In this document: positions 25,438 through 43,427 of the stretch, in pieces | Layout: every line of letters starts with the position of its first letter | How positions within the stretch are numbered: position 1 is the first letter of the stretch | DNA from: a phage | Length of the DNA stretch: 64,000 nt | Sequence record: PV467749.1 | Reading direction: 5' to 3' (one strand) | The notes under the pieces: model-generated | Database searches by the model: none | What the model was told of the DNA's origin: nothing | Seen by the model: the letters and a program-made list of their open reading frames with translations, nothing else | Program-made: the position numbers and the translations under genes

Positions 25438-27834
25438 TCATCCTCCTAAATTGCTGTTTTGTAATGAAATCAAAAATGTATCATGAACGTAGTTTTCGAA
25501 TTCATGTGCAAAGAATCCAAACTCAACTCCTGTGATTTCAAACTCAACACCAACCATCTTACCATGTTCATTGTTCTGAAGTAAAGTGTTAAAGAATGCT
25601 TCACCCTTTCCTGGTGCACAATATGCAACTGGAATGATTGGCATAAATTTCTTTTCAACTCCATTTTCTTCGTATGGGTGATTCATGAAGCGAGGAACAG
25701 TGTCAAGCATCTCATCAGAAATTCCTGGTATAGCATCTACATACAAACCACGGTTTTGTAAATCAGTTGGGTCTTTCACAAGGTTAGTTGTGTCTTCGCC
25801 AATTGCTGCAAAAATATTTTGACGCAAGCCAAATATTTCACCGAGTGTTCCGTTATCAATTTGCGTGTAACTTCTTGGATTCTTAGAAACCGACACCAAT
25901 GAACCTGCGGGTAAAACTTCACGGTATAATATATCATACTGCAAGTTACCTTGGTTGTCAAGTGCTGACATTACTTTATAGTTGCCCATTACCATTCTAA
26001 ATTTTCCATCAGGTATAGTTGCACCAGATTGGTTTATGATATTTTCCCTAAGTACTTTTTTAATATCACTCAACGTAGTGTAAGTATAGTTCTGACTCAA
26101 AAAGTTTTCTTTTAATAGAATACGTGGTACTTTTTGTAACCCGTATCTATCATCTGATTGACGATGGAAAGCTTGTTTTGTAAATGATGGTGTACTAATA
26201 CACTTAAACCATTCACGTTCAAAATAAACAGAAGGTACAATATGTGCACTTAAGTAGTTTTGTCCAAAACCACGTACAATTTTCAGTTTAAATAACTTGG
26301 ACGCAACACCACCTTCAGTGTCATATGCTTTGATGTTGAATTCTAATTTTATATCATCATTTGCACTGAAATCTAAACTTTTTGCATATGCCGTCCCGAC
26401 CAAGAACCCATCTGCGGTGAGGTCCAAACCATATTTGCGAATATCATCAGGCCCACCATCTAATACATAAGATACCTGATTAGTACTGGTAGTTTGTATT
26501 TGTGGATAAGTACTGTGACCGAAATATTCACCCACATGAATACTACCTAAATCACTATCAGTTGTGAAGTCTATTGAGTTTCCTTCTTCTGCGTTCACTA
26601 GAACACGGAACATCTTCTCTTCACCTATAATATTCTCACCTAAGCTTGAATCATAATATCCTAAATCAATCCAATCTGAACTTTTAAACACTGGCTTTGT
26701 TTCACCTAGATCATATTCACCAGAGATTACATATGGATATACAACGTTATCTTTCAACTGATACAAATGATTAGGTAAAGGTTTATCACCATCAGCGTAT
26801 ATACCATCTACATTGTCTGGACATACCCACATTTGATATGCTTTGAAACGTTGGTTTATAGCGAAGCGGTCAGTGTCATAACTATATGTACTCAAAATAT
26901 CAACAATTTCAACTTTGAAATATGCATCACATGCATCAGAGTCATATAGGAATGTTTGCAGAAATTGTCCATTTGGGTTGAAAACCAATCCTGAATCTAG
27001 TAACTCCCCAGAGCTAGTTTGAATATTAACCTTAATTTCTTTATTAATACCAAATACAGGCCATATATTATCAATAGGACGTAGGATTGCATAATCATCA
27101 GTAATGTGGCGAGCAGGAACTTCTGCTGGGGTCATATCGAGTAGACGATACGCTGGATAAAATACTCTAGGAGATAGGTCAGTTGATGTATCCGTTCCTA
27201 AAATAAATGGACGACGACGACCAAATCCCTGTACAAATAAAGTACTGTTGGAACCGTATTCAATATCACCAATACAATATAATTTGTCATCATCACCGAT
27301 TTCGATTCCAGGAGTAACCCACACTTCCTGACTATCATATTCAATTGTTACTTCATTTGAACCAATTTCACCACTAGGGGAAATGTTACCATAGTACATA
27401 ACATTTACTGCTTGAAGATAGAAGTTAATCTGTTCAGAGTTGTTAAATGTACCATCATCTTTACAATGCAATTTAATAAAATAAACATCTTCGGTATTAG
27501 TGCTTGCCGATAGATCAAATTGAGTTTTATCAATTTTACATTTGTGCTTACCATTAATCAACTTGTTACCAGTAATACCTGATGATATAGGTGTGAGATT
27601 AGATTCATCATTACCAACATACACTGCGTAGTGATCTTCTGGTTGAAATACTGCATCAGAACTATCCAAACCCTGAATAGTTAGAATCATCTCTAAGTAT
27701 TCGTTTTCATTAAGTATATAACTATCATCCGTTGTGGTTTCTTTGTTGATACTCAAACGCACAAGAATGTCTTGTCCTTCTTGTATATATCGAGCATCGG
27801 CTTTTATATCCCATCTAGGGGTAAAAGTTGTCAT
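25438..27834 (-). CDS. large protein (about 798 aa), probably late-expressed / structural
   Basis: ORF track 25438..27861; ATG at 27834 has GGAGA SD; T4-type late promoter TATAAATA lies about 40 nt upstream. Confidence 0.55.
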   Translation of the reverse strand: MTTFTPRWDIKADARYIQEGQDILVRLSINKETTTDDSYILNENEYLEMILTIQGLDSSDAVFQPEDHYAVYVGNDESNLTPISSGITGNKLINGKHKCKIDKTQFDLSASTNTEDVYFIKLHCKDDGTFNNSEQINFYLQAVNVMYYGNISPSGEIGSNEVTIEYDSQEVWVTPGIEIGDDDKLYCIGDIEYGSNSTLFVQGFGRRRPFILGTDTSTDLSPRVFYPAYRLLDMTPAEVPARHITDDYAILRPIDNIWPVFGINKEIKVNIQTSSGELLDSGLVFNPNGQFLQTFLYDSDACDAYFKVEIVDILSTYSYDTDRFAINQRFKAYQMWVCPDNVDGIYADGDKPLPNHLYQLKDNVVYPYVISGEYDLGETKPVFKSSDWIDLGYYDSSLGENIIGEEKMFRVLVNAEEGNSIDFTTDSDLGSIHVGEYFGHSTYPQIQTTSTNQVSYVLDGGPDDIRKYGLDLTADGFLVGTAYAKSLDFSANDDIKLEFNIKAYDTEGGVASKLFKLKIVRGFGQNYLSAHIVPSVYFEREWFKCISTPSFTKQAFHRQSDDRYGLQKVPRILLKENFLSQNYTYTTLSDIKKVLRENIINQSGATIPDGKFRMVMGNYKVMSALDNQGNLQYDILYREVLPAGSLVSVSKNPRSYTQIDNGTLGEIFGLRQNIFAAIGEDTTNLVKDPTDLQNRGLYVDAIPGISDEMLDTVPRFMNHPYEENGVEKKFMPIIPVAYCAPGKGEAFFNTLLQNNEHGKMVGVEFEITGVEFGFFAHEFENYVHDTFLISLQNSNLGG

Positions 27835-27872
27835 TATAATTCTCCATAGCCAAGCTACCATTATCTATAGAT

Positions 27873-27880
27873 TATTTATA
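27873..27880 (-). promoter_or_regulatory. T4-type late promoter core TATAAATA
   Basis: Exact TATAAATA on minus strand upstream of the large ORF; only exact occurrence found by eye in intergenic regions. Confidence 0.45.
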
Positions 27881-27922
27881 TAAAGGACAAGGAAGACCCA
27901 TAAAGGTCTTCCCTGTTTATAA

Positions 27923-29335
27923 TCAATCTTCAGTTTTTGGCGTGAAGTCAATCTTACGTAGTTCTTTCAACTCATCTTTATAGATGTTCCAAATCAAATC
28001 ATGATTCGACAGGAGATTGTTATATTCATCCATTAAATCCAAGTTATGTTGAATATCAGCTAGTACTGATTGATAATTGTCTTGGGTCCAACGATATGAT
28101 GGGAAGTTTACGATGCTTTGAATATTCTCATCGGTTGCTTCGATTTCAGTGTTTAATGATTTAACAAACTCAACCATTTCTGAACGGTTAGCAAAACCCT
28201 TAACCTTAGCAATCATATCATTATCAAAACATTCTTTGATTAGAATCTTATAACGTACTTCAGCAGCACAATCATCAAGTTTCTTCTCATAGCGTTTCAC
28301 ATAGTATTTGAAACGGAATTCAACAAAGTCCTTAATCAAATCCATTGTGTTATCATAGACTTTAACCTTACCATTCTCACCTAGAACAGTTAGGATTTGT
28401 GTCATCTTCTTATGAATGCCAAAGTATTCAATTACATCTTTCTCCACCCATTTAGCAGATGTTCCGCGTGGCAATTTGATTGTAATATCAATAACATCAG
28501 TACTATCATTATCATAATCACGAATATCACCATCATCGCTCATCTTAATGAGTTTCTCGATGAATTTCTCAATACTGTAGTTAGGTGGTAGACCTGTTAC
28601 TTTAACAGTACTGGCATCAATTACTTGTGCTTTACCATAGAACTCATATTTGTTTTCATCAAGCTTAGTTACGATATCACTTGCACCACATGAAACATAG
28701 TATGGAGTCATTTCTTTTAATGGTTTTTTATCAATAGCACGAATACAGTTATCAATAACATCTTCAATCTTATGTGGTAGAATTGTACTCTTATAACCTA
28801 CTGACATACTATCGTTACCAAACAAAGATAGTGGGATAATAGGTAAAAAGAAACTTGGTTCCATTGTAGTACCATCATAGTTCTCTTTCATTGGAATAAT
28901 GTCAGAGTCACGCAGTACTAACATTTCAGTACTTTTATTCTTTTTAACATAAGTATAACGAGCAGAAGCTGGAGTACTGTTTACTTGTGTACCAAAACCA
29001 CCACGTTTACCAATGAGTGGGTAGTTGTTTACGACTGGTGATGCTAGGTTCTGAAGAGTACCAGATGCAGATGCATCACCGTGTAGATAGATACCATCAC
29101 TAATCATTTTACCAGCACATGATACAGTTTTGATTTCACCACTAACTTTTGAGAGGGTGAAGATTGCTTTACGCTGTGAACTCTTAAGGCCATCAATCCC
29201 AGGGATTGCACGGTCTAGTGTGTACATTGAATATTCTAGTGATGTGGTATTCACATAATCAGAACTGTTATAATCTAGTAGAGTTAGTGTTTGGTTATCG
29301 ATGCTTTGATTTTCGGTTTTTTTACTTTTAGCCAT
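27923..29335 (-). CDS. 52: DNA topoisomerase II medium subunit (GyrA-like cleavage domain; T4 gp52 family)
   Basis: EYSMYTLDRAIPGIDGLKSSQRK matches the type II topoisomerase A-subunit N-terminal signature; 470 aa. Confidence 0.8.
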   Translation of the reverse strand: MAKSKKTENQSIDNQTLTLLDYNSSDYVNTTSLEYSMYTLDRAIPGIDGLKSSQRKAIFTLSKVSGEIKTVSCAGKMISDGIYLHGDASASGTLQNLASPVVNNYPLIGKRGGFGTQVNSTPASARYTYVKKNKSTEMLVLRDSDIIPMKENYDGTTMEPSFFLPIIPLSLFGNDSMSVGYKSTILPHKIEDVIDNCIRAIDKKPLKEMTPYYVSCGASDIVTKLDENKYEFYGKAQVIDASTVKVTGLPPNYSIEKFIEKLIKMSDDGDIRDYDNDSTDVIDITIKLPRGTSAKWVEKDVIEYFGIHKKMTQILTVLGENGKVKVYDNTMDLIKDFVEFRFKYYVKRYEKKLDDCAAEVRYKILIKECFDNDMIAKVKGFANRSEMVEFVKSLNTEIEATDENIQSIVNFPSYRWTQDNYQSVLADIQHNLDLMDEYNNLLSNHDLIWNIYKDELKELRKIDFTPKTED

Positions 29336-29356
29336 TCCATTGTCTCTTTGTAAAAG

Positions 29357-29375
29357 GGGAACACCATGTTCCCCA
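29357..29375 (-). terminator. hairpin GGGGAAC-ACCAT-GTTCCCC between topoisomerase subunit genes
   Basis: Perfect 7-bp stem; short T-run (TTTT) follows on minus strand; may attenuate or be a processing/regulatory structure. Confidence 0.4.
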
Positions 29376-29385
29376 TTAATCTATA

Positions 29386-31350
29386 TTATTCCATCCAGTT
29401 CTTACGATCATCAGCACGTTTCTTGTTGAAAATCAAATCAAGAGTTTCACCAAGGCGACCATCATCTGTAATCGCTACTGCAACACTGTTAGTGAATGCA
29501 TCACGGAAGTTTGCTTTTTCTAACGTACCCAATCCTTTCGCACGGGTTGCTTTCCAACCTTTCCAATCATCTGGGTTGTATTCATGTACATCATGACCAT
29601 AGTAGTACTTGGATTCCTTACCTTTCTCTAGAATGATGAATGGTGTTTTGAATATATACACAAATGGATTCTCTGGGTCTTGGAATAGTTCAGGCCAGAA
29701 TTTGTATAGGAAGTTACATACTAAAGCACCAATGTTCTTTCCATCCTCATCTTCATCGGCACAGATATAAAGCTTACCATAGTTAAGGTCTGCTCTTTCC
29801 GCTTTTACACCAGGAATCAGGTTGATACTCGCCATTATATCATGCAATGCCATTGAATCCATTAATTCTTTGGTTTTCTCATTACCACTGACGTTCATAA
29901 TTTTACCACGCAATGGTAGAATACCATGAACTTTAGGATCACGAGCACTCGCCATGTTGGAAATAGCAGAATCACCCTCAGCAATTAGTAGGATGCATTT
30001 GGAACGATCCGTGCCTGTACTGTCCAGTAGTTTTGCAACTTTACCTTTCAGTAGTTTTTTAGCTAGACGGCGATCTTCTTCTGCATCTTTCTTGTTGGTA
30101 CGAGCAGCACAGCGTTCAAAAATTTCATCAATCCACTCTTTGTTCTTCTTGACTAATTCATCGAACCATTCAGAATTCATCGCTTGTTGAATTGGACGAA
30201 TAACGTTTTCGTTGGTTAGTTTTGATTTAATCTGTGAGTTGAATGATGGTGCTTTCATCGTTGTTACGTTATAAATCAACAGACCTTCTTCAATATCAGA
30301 GCGGTTAGGTTTCATCTTGCGTTTCTTTGATTCTTTCTCTAGAGCAGTTCCTACTCCTAATGAGAAGAATTTCTTGAATGTATCAAGATGTGTACCACCA
30401 TCAAATGCTGGGGCATTGTTAACCAAACCATGCATATGGAAGTTAGTGTTCATACCCGATACTGCATTAGGAACAATGTAGAAAGTACTGTTAAAGTTGA
30501 ATGATTCATCTTTAACGTTCAATTGCATCAGTTTAGATGCGTTGAATAGTGCTTTTTCAGTAGTTCCTTTAATTGCAATACGCTTACCGTTAAGGAAAAT
30601 CTTATAGGTAGGGTTAGCAGCAGACATTTCTTTCAAAATACTGTATAACAATTCGGTTGGCAGTTTACGGTTAGGAAATACCTCAGAACTCAGAGTGAAG
30701 CGAATTGTTGTTCCAGTCTTATCTGCTTGAACCTTACGAATAGTTGGTTCATGTACATGAAGTTCAGGAAACATAATAGTTCCTTCTTCGAACTTCTGAT
30801 TGAACTTATAAAAACCGTCATATCCGTCATTGCTACTTTGTGTTTTATACGGGCGACCTTGGCGATGGATTTCAAGTTCAGCTTTAGAACTTACAATCAT
30901 TGCAACTGAACCACCCAATCCATTCTGACCGATTGTTTCATCACGCTTCGAGTCATCAAAGTTGCGACCAGTTTTAGTTTCAGTCATTACCATTGTACAT
31001 AGATTTTTCTGATACTCAGGAACATAGTCAATTGGAATACCACGACCATTATCACTGATCTCAAAGGATAACTCTTCTTCATTGAAATCAACTTTGAGTA
31101 CTGGTTCTTTTGTGCCAGCTTTTTTAAATTCATCTAAGCTGTTATCGATAATTTCACGAGTAGCAGTTAGAATTGCAGGAACCCACTCAACGTTTTTAAC
31201 TTCATATCCAGACTCACCAAAGATCAGTACTTGACTTTCGTGAACAGAACGTGAACCCAGATACATCTCAGTACGTAAGCGAGCATGTTGATAATCGTTT
31301 AGACGTTGTACATCATGTTCCTGAAGAACAGCACTTTCTTTCTTAGCCAT
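29386..31350 (-). CDS. 39: DNA topoisomerase II large subunit (GyrB-like ATPase plus TOPRIM; T4 gp39 family, single polypeptide of 654 aa)
   Basis: GHKL motifs EIIDNSLDE, DNGRGIP, QNGLGGS; TOPRIM EGDSA. Confidence 0.85.
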   Translation of the reverse strand: MAKKESAVLQEHDVQRLNDYQHARLRTEMYLGSRSVHESQVLIFGESGYEVKNVEWVPAILTATREIIDNSLDEFKKAGTKEPVLKVDFNEEELSFEISDNGRGIPIDYVPEYQKNLCTMVMTETKTGRNFDDSKRDETIGQNGLGGSVAMIVSSKAELEIHRQGRPYKTQSSNDGYDGFYKFNQKFEEGTIMFPELHVHEPTIRKVQADKTGTTIRFTLSSEVFPNRKLPTELLYSILKEMSAANPTYKIFLNGKRIAIKGTTEKALFNASKLMQLNVKDESFNFNSTFYIVPNAVSGMNTNFHMHGLVNNAPAFDGGTHLDTFKKFFSLGVGTALEKESKKRKMKPNRSDIEEGLLIYNVTTMKAPSFNSQIKSKLTNENVIRPIQQAMNSEWFDELVKKNKEWIDEIFERCAARTNKKDAEEDRRLAKKLLKGKVAKLLDSTGTDRSKCILLIAEGDSAISNMASARDPKVHGILPLRGKIMNVSGNEKTKELMDSMALHDIMASINLIPGVKAERADLNYGKLYICADEDEDGKNIGALVCNFLYKFWPELFQDPENPFVYIFKTPFIILEKGKESKYYYGHDVHEYNPDDWKGWKATRAKGLGTLEKANFRDAFTNSVAVAITDDGRLGETLDLIFNKKRADDRKNWME

Positions 31351-31410
31351 TTGAATTCCTTTTTAATGTCTCTTTGTCATGCAACATTGTATCATCAATG
31401 CTTTGTTTGT

Positions 31411-31442
31411 CTCAAAAAAATATCGGGACATTAAATGCCCCG
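31411..31442 (-). terminator. intrinsic terminator (CGGGGCA-TTTAA-TGTCCCG plus U7)
   Basis: Stem at about 31424..31442; minus strand continues ATATTTTTTTGAG. Confidence 0.5.
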
Positions 31443-31449
31443 ACAATTA

Positions 31450-32243
31450 TTATTTTACCAGAAGTAATTGTAATTCAGCACTAGGACTAAATTCATCATC
31501 ACTCCAGTACTTGTGAACCTTCTCTGGACTAGCCTTAGCCAATACTTCACCACCACCTACAATGTAGACTTGGTGTGAACCAATCAATCGGGTCCAGAAT
31601 TTAATTGCATCATCTGTGTGAAGACTGTCACTTAGTACTTTAATACCATGAGAAACCATATCCATAAAGATATTATAGATGATACCTTTAGTACCAGTTT
31701 TAGAGGCCGTAGCAGAAATCTCAAACACTTGTGGTACACCAACCACTGCATCATTCGACAAATGTCCACTAACGATAGCAAGCTGTTTACCCGCTTTATC
31801 ATAGGCAATAAACCCAGTACCATTCTTATTCATAAACACATCATAATCTTTGTGTTCTGCGAACTTAACCATGTTGTGCTTACCTGTCATCTCGGCAGTT
31901 TTGTCAACGAACTCGTCACGGTCTTGGCCTTGGAAACTATCGAAACGTTGTGGCATTTCTTCCAATTTCTCTTTATGGTCTTCTTCACATGAATCCATTA
32001 TATCACTAGTTCTGTCTTCTGTATCAGCTAATTCTGCATCTTGTACAATATCAACCAAACCACGCATACTAGATTCTTTTACTTTATTAGGGAGTTTTGA
32101 ACCTTTCTTAAGATTTCCCTCTTTTTCATCGGCTGCATTCCACTCTTTTGCTGCACTTTGTGAAATCCCTGCTTTTTTGGCGAATTCAGGATTATGGGCA
32201 GCAGCAGCGAAGAATTTCGCTTGGCTTTTACTTTTACTTGGCA

Positions 32244-32244
<1 letters not shown>
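31450..32244 (-). CDS. hypothetical protein (264 aa)
   Basis: ORF track; Lys/Ala-rich N-terminus. Confidence 0.5.
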
Positions 32245-34411
<2,167 letters not shown>

Positions 34412-34424
34412 AGGTTATATACTG

Positions 34425-35487
<1,063 letters not shown>

Positions 35488-35556
35488 GTAATAAAAGCTC
35501 CGATATGGTTTTAATGTTCAATTCGATAGTAATTATAGCTAAGAACTAATGTTCTG

Positions 35557-35751
35557 TCAAGCACTATCATTATGTTTTTTAATTGCTTCACAGATTGCTT
35601 GAACTTGCACTAGATAAGTTTTAGCAAACTCTGCTTGAGTACGCACACGTGGATTTGGTGCGTCTTTGATCATAAGTTCTAAATCATAAACTACTTTATC
35701 GAAAACACCCTTGTCTTCAATAATACGATCATAAAAGGTTTTGTCAGTCAT
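35557..35751 (-). CDS. hypothetical protein (64 aa)
   Basis: ORF track. Confidence 0.35.
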   Translation of the reverse strand: MTDKTFYDRIIEDKGVFDKVVYDLELMIKDAPNPRVRTQAEFAKTYLVQVQAICEAIKKHNDSA

Positions 35752-35774
35752 GTCAAGAACTCCATGTGGTTAAA

Positions 35775-36365
35775 TTATAATTTTACGTAAGAAACTACAG
35801 CAGCATCAGTTACAGAAGGTACGTTTAAGTACACATTCTCGTACTCAATGAAATCAACAGTGGTAGTAGATAGTGCATCTTTAACACGTTGGATTGTTTT
35901 CTGTACAGAAATTTCTTGATTCTCAATTGCATTAGTACCATCACCTTTAAGTGATTCGTTTAACAATTCTTGAATAACTTCTGCTGCTTTAGCAGTTTTA
36001 AGATCAACAGTGGTTAGTGCAGCTTGTTCTTCAACGCTTAGAGTGCTTAGGAATGGCTCGTAGCTGATATAACCCACATTGATGGTTGCACCAGTTGGAA
36101 TAGTTGCTGCTGTGCCTGGGGTAGCAAATTCAACAGTACAATACACTGGGACAGAATAAGTTGATAGTAGGCGTGTAACCTGTAGGTAACGTAGTAGTGC
36201 TACAGACTTGTCAATTGTTTGTTGGTCGGTTGGTGCAGTTGTTGGGGAAGATGAATCATAATCTTCATACATATAATAAGGAATATTATCTAGATTTGTC
36301 CCTGCAACTTCAATTTTGAATACTTGTAGTAAATTGTTCATTGTATATTCTTCTCCATAATACAA
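35775..36365 (-). CDS. hypothetical protein (196 aa), Thr/Ala/Val-rich
   Basis: ORF track. Confidence 0.45.
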   Translation of the reverse strand: MYYGEEYTMNNLLQVFKIEVAGTNLDNIPYYMYEDYDSSSPTTAPTDQQTIDKSVALLRYLQVTRLLSTYSVPVYCTVEFATPGTAATIPTGATINVGYISYEPFLSTLSVEEQAALTTVDLKTAKAAEVIQELLNESLKGDGTNAIENQEISVQKTIQRVKDALSTTTVDFIEYENVYLNVPSVTDAAVVSYVKL

Positions 36366-36424
36366 AACACTTTTGATTATTTATTGTTAAGAATCAAAAT
36401 TATTTATGTATATCATTTAGTCTA

Positions 36425-37768
36425 TTAGAATCGTGCATTCTGACGCAACATAACATTGTAACGCGGTCGTGTCATAGCAGTGTATAGGATTCTGCATTTT
36501 GTATCGTTAGTTCCGATACGCTCAATAAAATCAGTATCAAACCAGATGTTATCGAATGTACTTCCTTGTGATTTGTGAACAGTTGTTGCATAAGGATAGT
36601 TGATAATATGTAATTTGTTTTTAATCACATAGTAATCTTGCCACATATATGGTTTCTTTGTCAATGGGTTGATTTCTTTTTTCTCAATGTTTTTAACTAG
36701 TTCATCGAGTTTAGCTTCCATTGCAATTCTCGTTTCTGGTCCTACACCTAAGATGTAGCTACCATTTGGCAAACGGAATTGCCAACAATCAATACCCATG
36801 AAACTTTCGGTTTTCACATCAGGACATTGGATGATTTGCTGAACCACATATGGACTGTTCTCAGTAATGCTTTCAAAGACAATCGGTTCACCTTTTGTGA
36901 ATTCCTCTGGTACTTCGAACAATTGGCTACGAATGTAGATGTTAGCCAAGTTCACACGGTAGTTGGTGTATGCCAAAATTTTATTTTCATTAACAAAATC
37001 AAATATCTTCTTAGCTGAACCTTTGTTCTCCATAATGAATTCACGGTAAACTTCCAAGAAAAGATCTTCATCTTCAATTGGTGTAATAGTACTCAAACCA
37101 TGTGTCTGGTGCATAATATCAAACGGGTTCTTGGAAGTACCTATGCACTCACGAATTGCAGTTGCAATTGCAAGTATAGGGTTATCCAACGCTTGACGTA
37201 AAACTTCTGTTAATTCATATTGTACTGGAACATCAAAAGTAGGGGAAAGCTTAGTTTCTCCTATTGTGCCTTCTGATTCAACTGGAGGCAACTGACAGCG
37301 ATCACCGATGAATAAAACCGCTCGGCGAACACGCCACAATTGATCCTGAATGTGTTGAAACAGTTCTTCTGAAATCATACTACATTCATCGACAATTAGA
37401 ATATCAACATTAGTATTACTAACTTTACTTTGTGGGTCATGCTTCAGTACTTGACGATTCTTTTCATATACTAGTTTTAAACCTAGAAATGAGTGAATAG
37501 TACTAACCTGTGCATCTTCTTTAGTTAACCCAGCATTGTTGATTAGCATATTGCGAATAACAGAGTTTGCCTTGTGTGTTGGCGATGTTACTGCAATATT
37601 GTAATTTTTACATAGTGCTTTAACAATCTCAGCAGTAGTGAAAGTTTTACCTGTACCCGCTGGTGCTGACAGTACAGATATAGTTTTACCTGCATAATTA
37701 TAAACACGATCTACAAAATTATCAAAAATTTCTTGTTGCTTATCCGTAAGCTTGATTTTACTCATCAT
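36425..37768 (-). CDS. dda: SF1B DNA helicase (T4 Dda / RecD-like)
   Basis: Walker A SAPAGTGKT, Walker B ILIVDECSM, C-terminal VHKSQGSTFD; 447 aa (T4 Dda about 439 aa). Confidence 0.8.
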   Translation of the reverse strand: MMSKIKLTDKQQEIFDNFVDRVYNYAGKTISVLSAPAGTGKTFTTAEIVKALCKNYNIAVTSPTHKANSVIRNMLINNAGLTKEDAQVSTIHSFLGLKLVYEKNRQVLKHDPQSKVSNTNVDILIVDECSMISEELFQHIQDQLWRVRRAVLFIGDRCQLPPVESEGTIGETKLSPTFDVPVQYELTEVLRQALDNPILAIATAIRECIGTSKNPFDIMHQTHGLSTITPIEDEDLFLEVYREFIMENKGSAKKIFDFVNENKILAYTNYRVNLANIYIRSQLFEVPEEFTKGEPIVFESITENSPYVVQQIIQCPDVKTESFMGIDCWQFRLPNGSYILGVGPETRIAMEAKLDELVKNIEKKEINPLTKKPYMWQDYYVIKNKLHIINYPYATTVHKSQGSTFDNIWFDTDFIERIGTNDTKCRILYTAMTRPRYNVMLRQNARF

Positions 37769-37790
37769 TCCCTCGACTGATTATTACACT

Positions 37791-39099
<1,309 letters not shown>

Positions 39100-39176
39100 T
39101 TATTACTTTAACTCCATATAAACTATCAAAAAAACGTAAATTTGGGTAAATACTTTATAAAAATAACAATAAGATT

Positions 39177-40632
<1,456 letters not shown>

Positions 40633-40634
40633 AA

Positions 40635-42039
<1,405 letters not shown>

Positions 42040-42074
42040 TCATTATAGCACAGTTCTGGTGTTTGTCCTAAATT

Positions 42075-42269
42075 TTATTCGGTTGGTACAAACATGACAA
42101 TGTGTGCCTGAACGACTCTAGTACCATCAACCAGTACAAGACCATTGGGACAAACATCAGATACTGCACCAGTTACCTTAAATCCACCAGTTAGGTAGAA
42201 GTCATAGATAACATTACGCTCAATTGTAAAAATATCACTCATATAAATTCCATAAGAAAAGGGATTCAT
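42075..42269 (-). CDS. hypothetical protein (64 aa)
   Basis: ORF track. Confidence 0.35.
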   Translation of the reverse strand: MNPFSYGIYMSDIFTIERNVIYDFYLTGGFKVTGAVSDVCPNGLVLVDGTRVVQAHIVMFVPTE

Positions 42270-42290
42270 AGAATCCCTGTTAGTTTTATT

Positions 42291-43415
42291 TTATAGTTTA
42301 AATGGCGAGAATGTATCTCCTTGGATATCATTCACAATACCACCAATGATATAAGAACTGATTTCAGTTTCTTGTGGTGCTACCTGTACAGAACTACCAC
42401 TTACCCAGTGTTCAGTCCACGGTAGTGGGTTACTCTTGGATACAGTATATGGACATTTGATACCAAGTGCAGTCATACGCTTAGAACCAATCCAGCGAAC
42501 ATACTGTTTAAGAATTTCAGAGTTCAATCCAATAATAGAACCATCTTTAAAGAGGAAATCTGCCCATGCTTCTTCTTGGCGAATAGCAGACATAAACATT
42601 TCCAGTACTTCATCATAGCACTCTTCGGCAATTTTTACCATATCTGGATCTTCTTTCTTTAGAAGACGTAAAATCATTTGTGTTGCTGCGAGATGAAGGT
42701 TTTCATCACGACAAATTAGACGAATAATCTTTGCATTACCTTCCATGAGGTTGTTCTCTGCAAATGCCCATGAACAAGCAAAACTAGCATAGAAACGAAC
42801 ACCTTCAAGAATGTTAATACTATTCAAACATAACCATAGTTTTTTCTTTAGATCATACATATTAATTTCAATAGTTTTACCATTAACAGTATGAGTACCT
42901 TCACCTAATGCACGATACAATGTTCCTAGTTCATCAAGGTCATCATAGTATTTTGAAACATCAGCAGCACAATCAGTGATTTCTGGAATGTCCAACATAG
43001 TATCAAAAACTTCAGATGGATTAGGATAAATGTTACGAATAATATGTGTATATGATTTACTATGAATAGCACCTTCAAAGAACGCCCATGTTTCAATAAA
43101 GTTTTCAAGTTCAGGTAGAGATGCATATGGCAGTAGCATTAGATTAGGACCACGACCTTGAACTGAATCAAGAAGGATTTGACGTTTTAAGTTTGATGTA
43201 AAGATATGCTTCTCAGAATCATTGAGGTTAGCAAAATCAATTTTATCTTTAGATACGTCAACTTCACCTGGTGTCCAGAAGAAACTTTTCTGTTGTTCAG
43301 TTAGTTTTTCAAGTGTAGAGTATTTGTTACTTTCAAATCGTTGAATATCAACACTTTCATCAAAAAACATATTCTTTTCTAGGTGAGACTTCTCATTAAT
43401 TTTGAAAACTGACAT
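42291..43415 (-). CDS. nrdB: ribonucleotide reductase small subunit (class I R2)
   Basis: R2 signatures GVRFYASFA, ICRDENLHL; 374 aa, uninterrupted. Confidence 0.85.
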   Translation of the reverse strand: MSVFKINEKSHLEKNMFFDESVDIQRFESNKYSTLEKLTEQQKSFFWTPGEVDVSKDKIDFANLNDSEKHIFTSNLKRQILLDSVQGRGPNLMLLPYASLPELENFIETWAFFEGAIHSKSYTHIIRNIYPNPSEVFDTMLDIPEITDCAADVSKYYDDLDELGTLYRALGEGTHTVNGKTIEINMYDLKKKLWLCLNSINILEGVRFYASFACSWAFAENNLMEGNAKIIRLICRDENLHLAATQMILRLLKKEDPDMVKIAEECYDEVLEMFMSAIRQEEAWADFLFKDGSIIGLNSEILKQYVRWIGSKRMTALGIKCPYTVSKSNPLPWTEHWVSGSSVQVAPQETEISSYIIGGIVNDIQGDTFSPFKL

Positions 43416-43427
43416 ATATATATTCCT

